A stretch of 46,776 nucleotides of DNA from an uncultured Oligoflexus sp. (GCA_964236955.1 CAXSGP010000031.1:1-46776), one strand, 5' to 3'. Counted from the stretch's first letter, positions 37,259 to 46,752 are shown. The notes: a model not told the origin generated them from the letters alone. Program-made: numbers and translations.

Positions 37259-40051
37259 ATGTCGCAAAAAAGCCTACTTTTTCTGGTCTTTGGTTTGACC
37301 CTTGCCACAGGCTGCCGGTTTTTTAAGTCCGAAGCCAGTATTCAGATTCAAGCCCTGACCGGCGATGGCGAGGCATTGGTCGGCGCAAATGTTCTCGTGA
37401 ATAAAGTGCTTGTCGGCCATACCGATGCGCACGGTGCCTTCAAAGGCGTTCGCGAGCTGCCGGTGGATGAGCCTATAATTGTCGAAGTAAACAAGGCCTC
37501 CACAGAGACTTTCTACGCGCCGTTTTTTGAGACGATCAGAGTCAAGCGCGATGACATGAATTCCTTTAAATTGACAGCGACTCTCTACGGTATCAAGCAG
37601 GATACGGCTCCTGCCGCTCCCGTGGCCGCGCCGCTCGTGGCTCAGCCTCCGACTCCGGCCGATCCGCACGCGACGGTCAGCCCTGAAAAAATGGAAGTTC
37701 TTGCGGTAAGCGCCGACCTTGACCCACCAACCTTTGCCACCGCTACCGATGTTACAGCGACGGCCAGTGCCGCCGTGGAAACGGACAATGGACGGGCCGT
37801 CACCTTTTATGTCGTCTCCGGTCGCGATGCCATTGAAAACGCCTCGGTCTATTTTGGGGATCCGGGCAAAAAACAATGGGTGCACGGCTGCTACAGCAAT
37901 TCCAACGGCCGCTGTAGTTTTAAGGTGCCGCAGCGCCTCGCAACTCTCGTAACCCTGGTACGGGCCAACGGCTTCCAAACTCAAAGTCGGTCCTTTCAGC
38001 TCCTTGACAATGACAAGGTTCGCTTCGAACTGAATCGCGGCAAAGCCCTGGAGGTTTTCGCCATAAGTCCCAACCAGGGCAATATGGAAGGGGTGGACCA
38101 TATCAAGGTCTCACTCAATGGTAAATTTTTGGGCCATACCGATCGTTTTGGTTCCTTCATCACACCGCTGAGTGGTCCGGGCGAGGAGGCCAGCAAGCTT
38201 ACGCTGGAAGCGAGCGACTGGCTGCCGACCAAGGCCGAGTTCACCCTCAACCAGCAGGCGGGCGATTCTATCATCCAGCATTTTCAAAGCTTGAAACCCA
38301 AAGCGCCTAAAGTAGCCGTCATGGACTTTATTCTCTATCGCGACCGGGCTGATGGCGCGATGCTGAATCCCCCCTCGCTCGAGGCCCTGCAGTCAGCCCT
38401 TAAACTCGCCGGTGCCAGCATCGTCAACGGCCCGAACTTGAATGGCAAACTTGCCGAACAAAAAATATCGCTCAACGAGCTGTCGGGCGGCAACTGGGCC
38501 CAGCTGAAGAAAATTGATGAGCCGCTCCATTACATCATTCGGCCCTCGTTTGTCGAAGGGGCCGCGGCCCGCATCATTCTTTCAGCGATCGAACCCCGGG
38601 GGCGTATGATCTATTCTGCGTCGCAGTCGGTCAAAGCCAAAGGCTCAACTCAGGCCGTCCTCAATAGTCTGGCGGCCCGAATGGTTCAGCACTTTGGGCA
38701 GGAAGGGGCCGTTGTCGAGCAGCAAGGCGAGGATTTTTACATCAATCTAGGCAAGGCCCATGCCGTTCAGATCGGCAGTAAAGTTGAGATCACGGGAAAT
38801 GTCCGCCTGCCAACCGGAGAAATATCCGCTTGGGACACGATCGCCACCGGCATCGTCTCGGAAGTCGGGGCCGAGCGCAGCCGTATTAAACTCAATCAAA
38901 CTCAACCCGACTCTCGCGTGGAACCTGGCAACAGCGTACGCTTGGTCGAACGCAACAGCTCCCCTTCGGAACCCTTGACCCTTGCCGTCCAAGAAGATCA
39001 GACCCAAGGTCCAATCGGCCTAGCGGAAATCTTTGCTGACGATCAATGGCTTGGCGCCAGCGACCTGAGCGGACAGGCTCAAATTGCCGAAGTCGATATG
39101 CTCAAGGTCAAGGAGATGAGCGTCTTCAGCCCTGGTTTTGTGCCAAAGAAAGTGTCCTTCACCGCAGGCACTAGGGCTATGCAGCTTGCCCTGACCCACG
39201 AATCCACACCCGTTCAAATCGAATCGCAACCCTCGGGCGCCATCGTCAAGATCAATGGTCGGGATCTCGGCCGCACGCCAATCGATACCGAGATTCCCTA
39301 TCCCGGTGCCGCCGTAAATATTGAGATCGGCGGCGTGGATGGATTTGAATTCAAAACCCGTACCCAGACGCTTGGCAACCGCGGCATCATCTTAAAGGGT
39401 GAAACCCAAATCACTTTAAATCGGGATCCGCAGCAGGCGGCACGTACCCTCGTCAGCGAAGGCAAAGTCACCGAAGCGATTCAGATCCTGGAAGGCATAC
39501 TCGAACCCGACAGCAATTTTCTTTTGGCCCACCATCAGCTGGGCGAACTCTATTTGAATCAGCTTCACGACCCTCTCAAAGCCGCCACAGCCTTTCATAA
39601 GGTCACGAGCAATCCTCTGGTCGATGGATTTAGGGACAAACGTTTTATCGGTACTTTTATCAATGAAGCCGTGGCTCTTTTCCAAGCCGGTGAACAGGTG
39701 CTGGCAAGCGACAGCAATCGAGCGGTCAGCTACTGGCGGCAGACCGAAGCGATCTTGACCCGTACCGAAGATCAACTTCGTTTCGTGCCTCAGGCGCAAT
39801 ACAATCAAGCCGTCCACACGCTGTCCTACTATCGGGCGCTAAGCCTGCACAAGACCTGGCTGGCCACCCAAAACCTCGAAGATCAGGAGCATGCGGCTCA
39901 ACGCTGGAAGGACTATATCCAAGGCACCGCCCTGGCCCTGCCGCAGGATCAACACTACGAATGGGTTAAAAAAGCCGAAGCTTATTTTCAAGCGATTCAA
40001 ACCGCACGCAATAAACCTCGCGGCGATACGCACACACCCGTTGCCATGTAA
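37259..40051 (+). CDS. large PEGA-domain/TPR lipoprotein
   Basis: Lipobox ATG-C; repeated GxTD/SD beta-sandwich modules; FYINLGKAHAVQIG segment; PEGA (IESQPSGAIVKINGRDLGRTP); C-terminal TPR helices. Confidence 0.8.
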   Translation: MSQKSLLFLVFGLTLATGCRFFKSEASIQIQALTGDGEALVGANVLVNKVLVGHTDAHGAFKGVRELPVDEPIIVEVNKASTETFYAPFFETIRVKRDDMNSFKLTATLYGIKQDTAPAAPVAAPLVAQPPTPADPHATVSPEKMEVLAVSADLDPPTFATATDVTATASAAVETDNGRAVTFYVVSGRDAIENASVYFGDPGKKQWVHGCYSNSNGRCSFKVPQRLATLVTLVRANGFQTQSRSFQLLDNDKVRFELNRGKALEVFAISPNQGNMEGVDHIKVSLNGKFLGHTDRFGSFITPLSGPGEEASKLTLEASDWLPTKAEFTLNQQAGDSIIQHFQSLKPKAPKVAVMDFILYRDRADGAMLNPPSLEALQSALKLAGASIVNGPNLNGKLAEQKISLNELSGGNWAQLKKIDEPLHYIIRPSFVEGAAARIILSAIEPRGRMIYSASQSVKAKGSTQAVLNSLAARMVQHFGQEGAVVEQQGEDFYINLGKAHAVQIGSKVEITGNVRLPTGEISAWDTIATGIVSEVGAERSRIKLNQTQPDSRVEPGNSVRLVERNSSPSEPLTLAVQEDQTQGPIGLAEIFADDQWLGASDLSGQAQIAEVDMLKVKEMSVFSPGFVPKKVSFTAGTRAMQLALTHESTPVQIESQPSGAIVKINGRDLGRTPIDTEIPYPGAAVNIEIGGVDGFEFKTRTQTLGNRGIILKGETQITLNRDPQQAARTLVSEGKVTEAIQILEGILEPDSNFLLAHHQLGELYLNQLHDPLKAATAFHKVTSNPLVDGFRDKRFIGTFINEAVALFQAGEQVLASDSNRAVSYWRQTEAILTRTEDQLRFVPQAQYNQAVHTLSYYRALSLHKTWLATQNLEDQEHAAQRWKDYIQGTALALPQDQHYEWVKKAEAYFQAIQTARNKPRGDTHTPVAM

Positions 40052-40063
40052 GGTGATCCCGAG

Positions 40064-40957
40064 ATGGTTGAAATCGCAAAAAAGGATACGGTAGAAGATA
40101 AAGCTTCGCAAAATCGCCTAGAAGCATACCTGCAGGGTCCCCGCAAAAAAAGAAAGAATTACGTTATCCTGGCGCTTGGCGAAAATTTCGACAAGCTGAT
40201 TGCCAACGGCATCGAAAACTTTGTCAAAAAAGTCTACCCCAACCTCGCCTTGTCCACGGCTAAAACCACCGACGAACTTACGCGTCAATACGGTCGAAAT
40301 ATTTCCCTCCTGATCATTAATGATTCCTTTAGCGATCGCGCTCAGGTCATGCAGCTGATTCGCACGCTTAAGGAGAAACGTCGGGATGAAAATATTCCGG
40401 TCCTTTTCTTAACTAAAGATGCCGAAGCTTTGATTAAGGCCTATCATAGTCAGCTTTTGATCTACCGCGAGTCCGACGAGTACCTCGTCTACCCGGCGAC
40501 CACCCTGCCGCAAATCCTGGCGCGCGTCAAAAACGGGATCGATGCCAAAAATAGGCGCAAGAGCCGTCGTTATCCGGTGAACCTGCCCATCACCTTTTAT
40601 CACCTTACCCTAGACTCGGAGGCAGAGGGGCGCCTTATCGATTTGAGTATGCATGGAGCCCTGCTGAGTGCCAATCCCAACTCGATCTTTCGGCTTGGCG
40701 ATCAGATCAAAGTCAGTATTCCCACGACTGAGTTTTTGCATTTACGCGATGGCGATTTCATTAAGGTGTCGGGGCGGGTTCGAAGGGTTTTCATTTCAGG
40801 CAATCAGGTCGCCTTGTCCTTTGAGCATGTAAGTGAAAAACAGTCTCAACTGATCGGCCTTCTCCTTCTGTCGATCGTTGGCCGAAACTTTGCGCAGCAG
40901 ACAGCGATTTTAAGAGCCCAAAGCCCTCAAGTCAAAATGGCTCCAAAATCACGCTGA
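40064..40957 (+). CDS. atypical receiver domain plus PilZ domain protein (c-di-GMP effector)
   Basis: RRKSRRYP (RxxxR) and DLSMHGA (DxSxxG); N-terminal receiver-like pattern IPVLFLT, DEYLVYP. Confidence 0.85.
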   Translation: MVEIAKKDTVEDKASQNRLEAYLQGPRKKRKNYVILALGENFDKLIANGIENFVKKVYPNLALSTAKTTDELTRQYGRNISLLIINDSFSDRAQVMQLIRTLKEKRRDENIPVLFLTKDAEALIKAYHSQLLIYRESDEYLVYPATTLPQILARVKNGIDAKNRRKSRRYPVNLPITFYHLTLDSEAEGRLIDLSMHGALLSANPNSIFRLGDQIKVSIPTTEFLHLRDGDFIKVSGRVRRVFISGNQVALSFEHVSEKQSQLIGLLLLSIVGRNFAQQTAILRAQSPQVKMAPKSR

Positions 40958-41120
40958 GTCTATTAAAGTTACCAGTCGCCGTAAGAGGCAAGGGCAATTT
41001 CAATTTCAAACCGATCAGGGAATGGTCCAAGGGATCAGTATAAAGGCTGTCGGATTCTTTAAAGAACCGATGGCTATTCTTATGCAAATTCATTAATTTA
41101 TCTCCGAACCGATAGATAAC

Positions 41121-41243
41121 TAGTGTCTGTCCGGAAAAGGGGATGGCAAGGCGCGAGGCAGAAAAAAAGCGGAGTTTATTCCCTATAAATGAGCATTTTT
41201 TTGCCGATGAAACGCAGCCATCGCCTTTTCCGGACAGACACTA
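41121..41243. mobile_element. 123-bp palindromic MITE-like element (ERIC/RPE-type)
   Basis: 27-bp terminal inverted repeats matching at 26/27 (TAGTGTCTGTCCGGAAAAGG(G/C)GATGGC), nested inner hairpin, TA ends, no coding capacity. Confidence 0.8.
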
Positions 41244-41286
41244 ACTCGCTCCACTGCCTCCCAGCAATGAATGGGCGATTATCCTT

Positions 41287-42279
41287 GTGAGAAGGATTAT
41301 GAAAAGTTCCATGGTCAAAGTCATAAAATGGATAACCCACCCCATTTTCGTCTTTGTCGGTCTGCAAATCGTCTGGCTGACCATCGTCATCCTTTGGGTC
41401 GTGTGGTTTTTGGGCCAGCAGGAAACCTTTGCCAATCTTAAAAAAATCATCGGCACAAGTTCCACGGTCAGCCCCACCACGGGGATTTTCACCCTTGTCG
41501 TGGGCTGCGTCCTGCTTGGCATAATTCTGGTGGGAACCGTGGTGCTCTTCGTTTTCATTCAGGTGCAAAGCAGTCTTCTGCGTCAGCAAAAATCCTTTGT
41601 CTCGAGCGTGACCCACGAGCTTCGTTCCCCTTTAGCCAGCCTTCAACTCAGTTTTGAAACTCTCCAGCGCCATAAGCTCGGCGAAAGCACCCGCGATAAA
41701 ATCTTTAGCATGGTCAATAAGGATCTCGAGCGCCTCTCACTCCTGGTAGAACGGATTTTGATCGCTGGTCGCCTTGATAAGGGGATTATTGACTACAAAA
41801 ATACGCTCGATGAGATCGAGATCAAAGAGCTGCTGCTGCATGTTTTAGCCCAACAGCTGCATCTCGACCCCAAACTCGAGCCCCGCATCACCGTGAATTG
41901 CCCGGAGAATCTGGTGCTGCAGGGATCCCGGCTCGGCCTCGGGATCATCATGGGCAACCTGATTGAAAATGCCATAAAATATTCTCCCAAAGATTCGCCC
42001 ATAGCGATCCAGGTCGCAATTAAGGACTATGAGCTTTGGGTGTCGGTGGAGGATCACGGCATAGGTCTTAGCAAAAAGGAGATGAGGAAAGTTTTTAAAA
42101 TGTTTCACCGCTCGCCTCACGCCCAGATAAGGGCGGTTCCCGGCACCGGCCTTGGCCTCTTTATCGTCAAGTCCATCACCGAGTCTATGGGGGGGCGAAT
42201 TTGGGTGGAAAGTGAGGGGCTGGGAAAAGGCTCGCGGTTTATCGTGGCCTTGTCGCGGGCCAATATTGTGAGCTATTAG
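41287..42279 (+). CDS. sensor histidine kinase (HisKA + HATPase)
   Basis: Two TMs, VTHELRSPL H-box, NLIENAIKYS, DHGIG, F-box, GTGLGL; start may be ATG 41299 or 41311. Confidence 0.95.
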   Translation: MRRIMKSSMVKVIKWITHPIFVFVGLQIVWLTIVILWVVWFLGQQETFANLKKIIGTSSTVSPTTGIFTLVVGCVLLGIILVGTVVLFVFIQVQSSLLRQQKSFVSSVTHELRSPLASLQLSFETLQRHKLGESTRDKIFSMVNKDLERLSLLVERILIAGRLDKGIIDYKNTLDEIEIKELLLHVLAQQLHLDPKLEPRITVNCPENLVLQGSRLGLGIIMGNLIENAIKYSPKDSPIAIQVAIKDYELWVSVEDHGIGLSKKEMRKVFKMFHRSPHAQIRAVPGTGLGLFIVKSITESMGGRIWVESEGLGKGSRFIVALSRANIVSY

Positions 42280-42305
42280 TGCTAAGGATAACTTAGGGAA
42301 TTTTT

Positions 42306-43037
42306 ATGCCCCCCAAACATATTCTGCTGGTCGAAGACGAGCCTCATCTCGCGTTTAACATGGAACTCAATCTTCGTGAGGAAGGTTATGAGGTAAGTCT
42401 TGCCGTCGATGGCGACGAAGCCTTGCTGATGTACTCTGAAAAAGGGCCTTTTTCTTTGATTATCCTGGATGTGATGTTACCAGGGAAAAACGGCTTAGAA
42501 GTGATGCAGGACATACGCCTCCATGACAAAACCACCGGCATTCTCATGCTTACCGCCCGGGCGGCAGAAAGCGATATCCTGCTTGGGCTCGAGCTTGGTG
42601 CCGACGATTACATGACCAAGCCCTTTAGCCTGCAAGAACTCCTCCTGCGCGTGCGCCGCATGGCGGATCGCAGTGAGCTCTTTCGGACGCCATCGTCAGG
42701 CGTCCCGGCAAAGTCGGAAAAGGTCAGGTTTGAAGACGTTTCCTGGGATCCTAAAACCTTTGAGCTTACCAGTCGCCAGGGGCATTTCGTGCTCACAGCG
42801 CTCGAGGCAAAGGTGCTGCGAGAATTTTTGGAGCATCCGGGCGAAGTCTTAAGTCGACAGCATTTGCTGTCACAGGTTTGGGGATTAAATGGTAATGTTG
42901 AAACCCGTACCGTCGATAATTTCATCATGCGTTTGAGGAAGTTCTTCGAGATCGATCCCTCAAAACCCCATATTTTGCTGAGCATGCGGGGCAGGGGATA
43001 TAAATTCTGTGCGACTATAGTGAAGGAAGAGGGTTAG
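42306..43037 (+). CDS. OmpR/PhoB-family response regulator
   Basis: LLVEDE, ILDVMLP, LTA, GADDYMTKPF, winged helix TRTVDNFIMRLRK...RGRGY. Confidence 0.96.
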   Translation: MPPKHILLVEDEPHLAFNMELNLREEGYEVSLAVDGDEALLMYSEKGPFSLIILDVMLPGKNGLEVMQDIRLHDKTTGILMLTARAAESDILLGLELGADDYMTKPFSLQELLLRVRRMADRSELFRTPSSGVPAKSEKVRFEDVSWDPKTFELTSRQGHFVLTALEAKVLREFLEHPGEVLSRQHLLSQVWGLNGNVETRTVDNFIMRLRKFFEIDPSKPHILLSMRGRGYKFCATIVKEEG

Positions 43038-43039
43038 CC

Positions 43040-43990
43040 ATGGAACTCGAATTTGAAAAATGGCATGGAAACAAAAACGATTTTATTCTGACCTGGTTTC
43101 CCCACGATCAGATGACCTTTGAATCCCTGCGGCGCCAGGCTCCAGCCCTTTGCACACGGGACGGTAGCGGCATTGGGGCCGACGGTCTCCTGGTTCTTCA
43201 CACCAAAAGCAGCCGGGATGTTTTGCCTTTTCAAATCAGCATCATCAACAGCGATGGCTCACTGGCGGAGACCTGCGGCAACGGCATCCGCTGTGCAGCG
43301 CTGAGCATACTCACCCGACATTTAGACCAAGTTCCAAAGATTGAAATCCCGGATGGCCTCGATCTCGCCTTAAAATCCAGCCGGGCTACCGTGCGTTTTC
43401 TAAACGACTCCAAGACCATCGACAGCAGCCATCTGCCCTTGGTGGCCGTGGATATGGGGCATGCTGCTATCAATACGGAAAACGCCGATTATGCCGGTGT
43501 TGCCGCCTTCGTAAAAAAGATTTCCCGCGAATTGGCGATGCCCGAACTACTGCAGGATTGGTCGCTGGTGAGTTTAGGGAATCGGCATTTGATTTTTTCA
43601 TTGGAAGAGACGTCCCCTGACCTGATACGAAAGCTTGGCCCAATCTTTCAAAAATCGGAATTGTGGGATGGTATAAATATACATATCATCGGTAGCAAAG
43701 CCCTAAGCGACGGTGATCGGCGTCAATCTGCGCAAGCCTTAGGCCAGCCGATCGACGAACTCTATGAAGCCTATGTCTGGGAACGAGGCGCGGGGGAAAC
43801 CCAGGCCTGTGGCAGCGGGGCTTGTGCCATTGCCGCTTCCATATGGGCGGCAGGGGTAAGCGTCCGCAGTCAGTGGCTAGGGGTCGATATGCCTGGCGGA
43901 AGGCTTTATATTAAACAGCCTTCTAAAGACGACACTATAACCATGGCAGGACCTGCGAAACTTGTCTTTCGCGGCAAGGTCACTATTTAG
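43040..43990 (+). CDS. dapF: diaminopimelate epimerase
   Basis: KWHGNKNDF, GIGADG, NSDGSLAETCGNG, VDMG, WERGAGETQACGSGACA. Confidence 0.95.
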   Translation: MELEFEKWHGNKNDFILTWFPHDQMTFESLRRQAPALCTRDGSGIGADGLLVLHTKSSRDVLPFQISIINSDGSLAETCGNGIRCAALSILTRHLDQVPKIEIPDGLDLALKSSRATVRFLNDSKTIDSSHLPLVAVDMGHAAINTENADYAGVAAFVKKISRELAMPELLQDWSLVSLGNRHLIFSLEETSPDLIRKLGPIFQKSELWDGINIHIIGSKALSDGDRRQSAQALGQPIDELYEAYVWERGAGETQACGSGACAIAASIWAAGVSVRSQWLGVDMPGGRLYIKQPSKDDTITMAGPAKLVFRGKVTI

Positions 43991-44003
43991 AGAGCCAAAG
44001 TGT

Positions 44004-44732
44004 ATGGATGAGGAATTTGCGATTAGGCTTCTCCCGTTGATCAACGTGCTGCGCGTTTATCATTCCCATCAGGTATTTGGTCTCGATCGAGTTCCCAACA
44101 AGGGGCCGGCCATCATTGCGACCAATCACAGCCTTGCTACCTATGACATTCTCCTCCTTATGGCGGCGGTCTACCTGCACACCGGGCGTATTCCCCGTTC
44201 GCTTATCGATCGGGCCTTCTATGTGGTCCCCGGTTTGGGCGAACTCATGGAACGACTGGGCTGTATCATAGGCAATCCCGACAACGCCTCGACCCTGCTT
44301 GAGAATGGTGAGCTGCTCTACCTCGCGCCAGGCGGCATGAGCGAATCGCTGCGCCCCTCGACGGAACGCTATCAGGTAAAATGGAATCGGCGCAAAGGCT
44401 TCGCCCGCCTCGCCATCGAAACACAATCGCCGGTAATTCTTGCCGCCTGCCCTCATGCGGACGACATCTTTAAGGTCTACGAAAACAGCATTACAAAGTG
44501 GTTTTATTCACAATTTCGATTGCCATTTTTTGTCGCGCGCGGCCTGGGTCCCACCATGATTCCGCGCCCCGTTAAGCTCGAGCATTTTTTGAGCAAACCC
44601 ATCTTTCCGCCCAAGATGGCCAGCGACCCGGCCGCTGTGAAAAGGCAGGTTTATAATTTTCACAAAAAATTAACCCTGAAGATGACCGAAATGATCGCGC
44701 AGAGTATTGTGCCCTATAAAGGGCCGAATTGA
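44004..44732 (+). CDS. lysophospholipid acyltransferase family protein
   Basis: GLDRVPNKGPAIIATNHS...D, APGG..E, RKGFARLAIET.SPVI; ATG 44004 avoids overlap with dapF. Confidence 0.85.
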   Translation: MDEEFAIRLLPLINVLRVYHSHQVFGLDRVPNKGPAIIATNHSLATYDILLLMAAVYLHTGRIPRSLIDRAFYVVPGLGELMERLGCIIGNPDNASTLLENGELLYLAPGGMSESLRPSTERYQVKWNRRKGFARLAIETQSPVILAACPHADDIFKVYENSITKWFYSQFRLPFFVARGLGPTMIPRPVKLEHFLSKPIFPPKMASDPAAVKRQVYNFHKKLTLKMTEMIAQSIVPYKGPN

Positions 44733-45364
44733 TGCTGCGTAGCCTCTGGTCAGTGCTTTGCACCTTTGTCGGTACTGTCCTGCTCCTGTTTGCGCTGCTG
44801 ACTTTTATCATCCCAGCCGCACGGATTTTGCCCGCTTTGATCCTCTATAGAAACGATCATCCCGCCAAAGGCGCTGACGCGATCGTTCTTTTTATGGGCG
44901 ATCCGGTGGATCGGGTTCCCCATGTTGCGAATCTCTATAAACGTGGTTATGCAAGCAAGATTGTGTTGGTCGAATCCGAAGGCTCAAAGCTTGTGGACTT
45001 GGGTCTGAAACCACTGGACGGGCAGATCGCCTATGATTACCTAACCAAAATCTTCCACATCCCGGCGACTGACATCATTTTTAACGATAAATCCAGAGTC
45101 ACCAGCACCCTTGAAGAGTCGCGGGCTCTTTTGCGAGCCATCGATGAGAATAAGCTTCGCAATATCATCCTGGCCACGAGTTGGTATCACTCGTCACGCG
45201 TGCACTGGACCTTTGCCAAACTCAAGACCAATCATCTCAGCCTTGAAAGCTACCCCAGTCCCATCCCAAGCAAATGGTATCAGAAAGAGTCTGAGTTTCT
45301 GAATGTCTTTAATGAATACATCAAGTGGCCCTACAATTATGTGCGCTTTGAAGTCTTAAATTAA
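44729..45364 (+). CDS. YdcF/ElyC (DUF218) family protein
   Basis: N-terminal TM, ADAIVLFMG, STLEE, ILATSWYHSSR, EYIK. Confidence 0.85.
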   Translation: MMLRSLWSVLCTFVGTVLLLFALLTFIIPAARILPALILYRNDHPAKGADAIVLFMGDPVDRVPHVANLYKRGYASKIVLVESEGSKLVDLGLKPLDGQIAYDYLTKIFHIPATDIIFNDKSRVTSTLEESRALLRAIDENKLRNIILATSWYHSSRVHWTFAKLKTNHLSLESYPSPIPSKWYQKESEFLNVFNEYIKWPYNYVRFEVLN

Positions 45365-45392
45365 AGGCTTTTTTTAGCCTAAGCGTAGGGCG

Positions 45393-45418
45393 GGCCTCAT
45401 GCTTTGCCTCATGAGGCC
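45393..45418. terminator. hairpin between convergent genes
   Basis: GGCCTCAT-N10-ATGAGGCC stem; no strong U-tract. Confidence 0.35.
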
Positions 45419-45426
45419 AGAATGGT

Positions 45427-46260
45427 CTAACTCGGGCGGGCAGCAGCCATCATCTTCTCAACGATCTCCCTGGGCACCATGGGCGGCTTTGCAAACCAAT
45501 GGCCACCATCAACGACAAGCGTTTCCCCGGTAATATACGAAGCAGCCGAACTCGTTAAAAACACGGCGGCATTCCCAATGTCTTCCACCCTTCCAAAGCG
45601 GCCCAATGGGATCTGTTTTTTCAACTTTTCCCCGGCTTCCCCCGGAGCTAAGCGTTGCATTCCTTCTGTATCGCCAATGGGTCCCGGGGCGATGCCACAG
45701 ACCCGGATGCCATCTTTGCCCCATTCGGCAGCCAAATTAAGGGTTAAGGCATCGACTCCAGCTTTTGCGGCCGATACGTGCGATTGAAAGAGTGTGCCGA
45801 CGTAGTGAAGATTGGCGGAAATATTGAGTATCGTTCCGCGGGAACGTTTCAAATATTCATAAGCATAGCGACAGACGTTAAAGGTACCATTGAGATCGAT
45901 ATCGATAACTGTCTTAAAACCGTTGGGACTTAAAAGCTCGGGAGGCGCTAAAAAGTTACCGGCAGCGCCATTGACCACGATATCGATGCGCCCGAGGGCT
46001 TCATTGGTGGCCTTTAAAGCTGCGGCACAGGTGTCGGGCTCGCGCACATCACCGACTTTAAAAAACGTCTTAACCGCGTAAGTGTTTTCAATCTCCTGGC
46101 AAGCCTTGGCTAATACCTCCTGCCGACGCCCCATCATCGCAATGGCGGCACCATGGGCCGCTAACGATTGGGCTATACCAAAGTTAATGCCAGTTCCTCC
46201 ACCAGTAATAAATGCAACTTTGCCTTTAAGAATATCGTTCTTGAACGGGGAATGACTCAT
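45427..46260 (-). CDS. SDR oxidoreductase, peroxisomal-type 2,4-dienoyl-CoA reductase-like
   Basis: TGGGTGIN, MGRR, NGAAGNFL, LSPNGFKTVIDID, HVSAAKAG, IAPGPI; ATG 46260 behind AAGGAG. Confidence 0.88.
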   Translation of the reverse strand: MSHSPFKNDILKGKVAFITGGGTGINFGIAQSLAAHGAAIAMMGRRQEVLAKACQEIENTYAVKTFFKVGDVREPDTCAAALKATNEALGRIDIVVNGAAGNFLAPPELLSPNGFKTVIDIDLNGTFNVCRYAYEYLKRSRGTILNISANLHYVGTLFQSHVSAAKAGVDALTLNLAAEWGKDGIRVCGIAPGPIGDTEGMQRLAPGEAGEKLKKQIPLGRFGRVEDIGNAAVFLTSSAASYITGETLVVDGGHWFAKPPMVPREIVEKMMAAARPS

Positions 46261-46433
46261 AAATGACTCCTTATCTCTCCATTCAAAGACCATACGGAGA
46301 ATTTGAGGTCAATGCCCGAACTTGGGAAGGCCGTTGTTTGCCATCAGAGAAGAGATCCTCCTGAACCTAAAACACAAGCCGGGAACAGTGGATTCGAATC
46401 AGCTCGGCGGGACAAAAAGCAGCCAACGCATAC

Positions 46434-46463
46434 AGGCCCCCGGATCTTTCGATGCGGAGGCCC
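46434..46463 (-). terminator. GAAA-capped hairpin just downstream of 5S rRNA
   Basis: GGGCCTCCGCATC-GAAA-GATCCGGGGGCCT on the minus strand; weak U-tail. Confidence 0.45.
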
Positions 46464-46479
46464 ATACGTTATTTATTAA

Positions 46480-46593
46480 GGGTGCGCCGACCTACTTTCC
46501 CACAGTTAAAACTGCAGTATCATTGGCGCTGAAGAGCTTAGCTTCCGTGTTCGAGATGGGAACGGGCGTTTCCTCTTCGCTAAAGGCACACCC
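46480..46593 (-). rRNA. rrf: 5S ribosomal RNA
   Basis: Minus strand has CCCGTTCCCATCTCGAACACGGAAGCTAAGC and GTGGGAAAGTAGG; ends GGGTGTGCC/GGCGCACCC pair as helix I; boundaries +/-3 nt. Confidence 0.96.
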
Positions 46594-46752
46594 AAAGCGG
46601 GTATTTTTAAGCCGATTGACGACTGAATATCTATAATCACTCAACGGCATCGCAAAGCTTTAAGGTTTTGATCTAATGTGTGGCAAAAGTTTCTCTCTTA
46701 GGCTTCTATTTGATAGTTGTATTGAACCTATCAAGTAAGGAGAATGAGCGAA

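Noticed and set aside
46322..46636. 104-aa ORF on the plus strand
   Set aside because: Antisense to 5S rRNA; spurious
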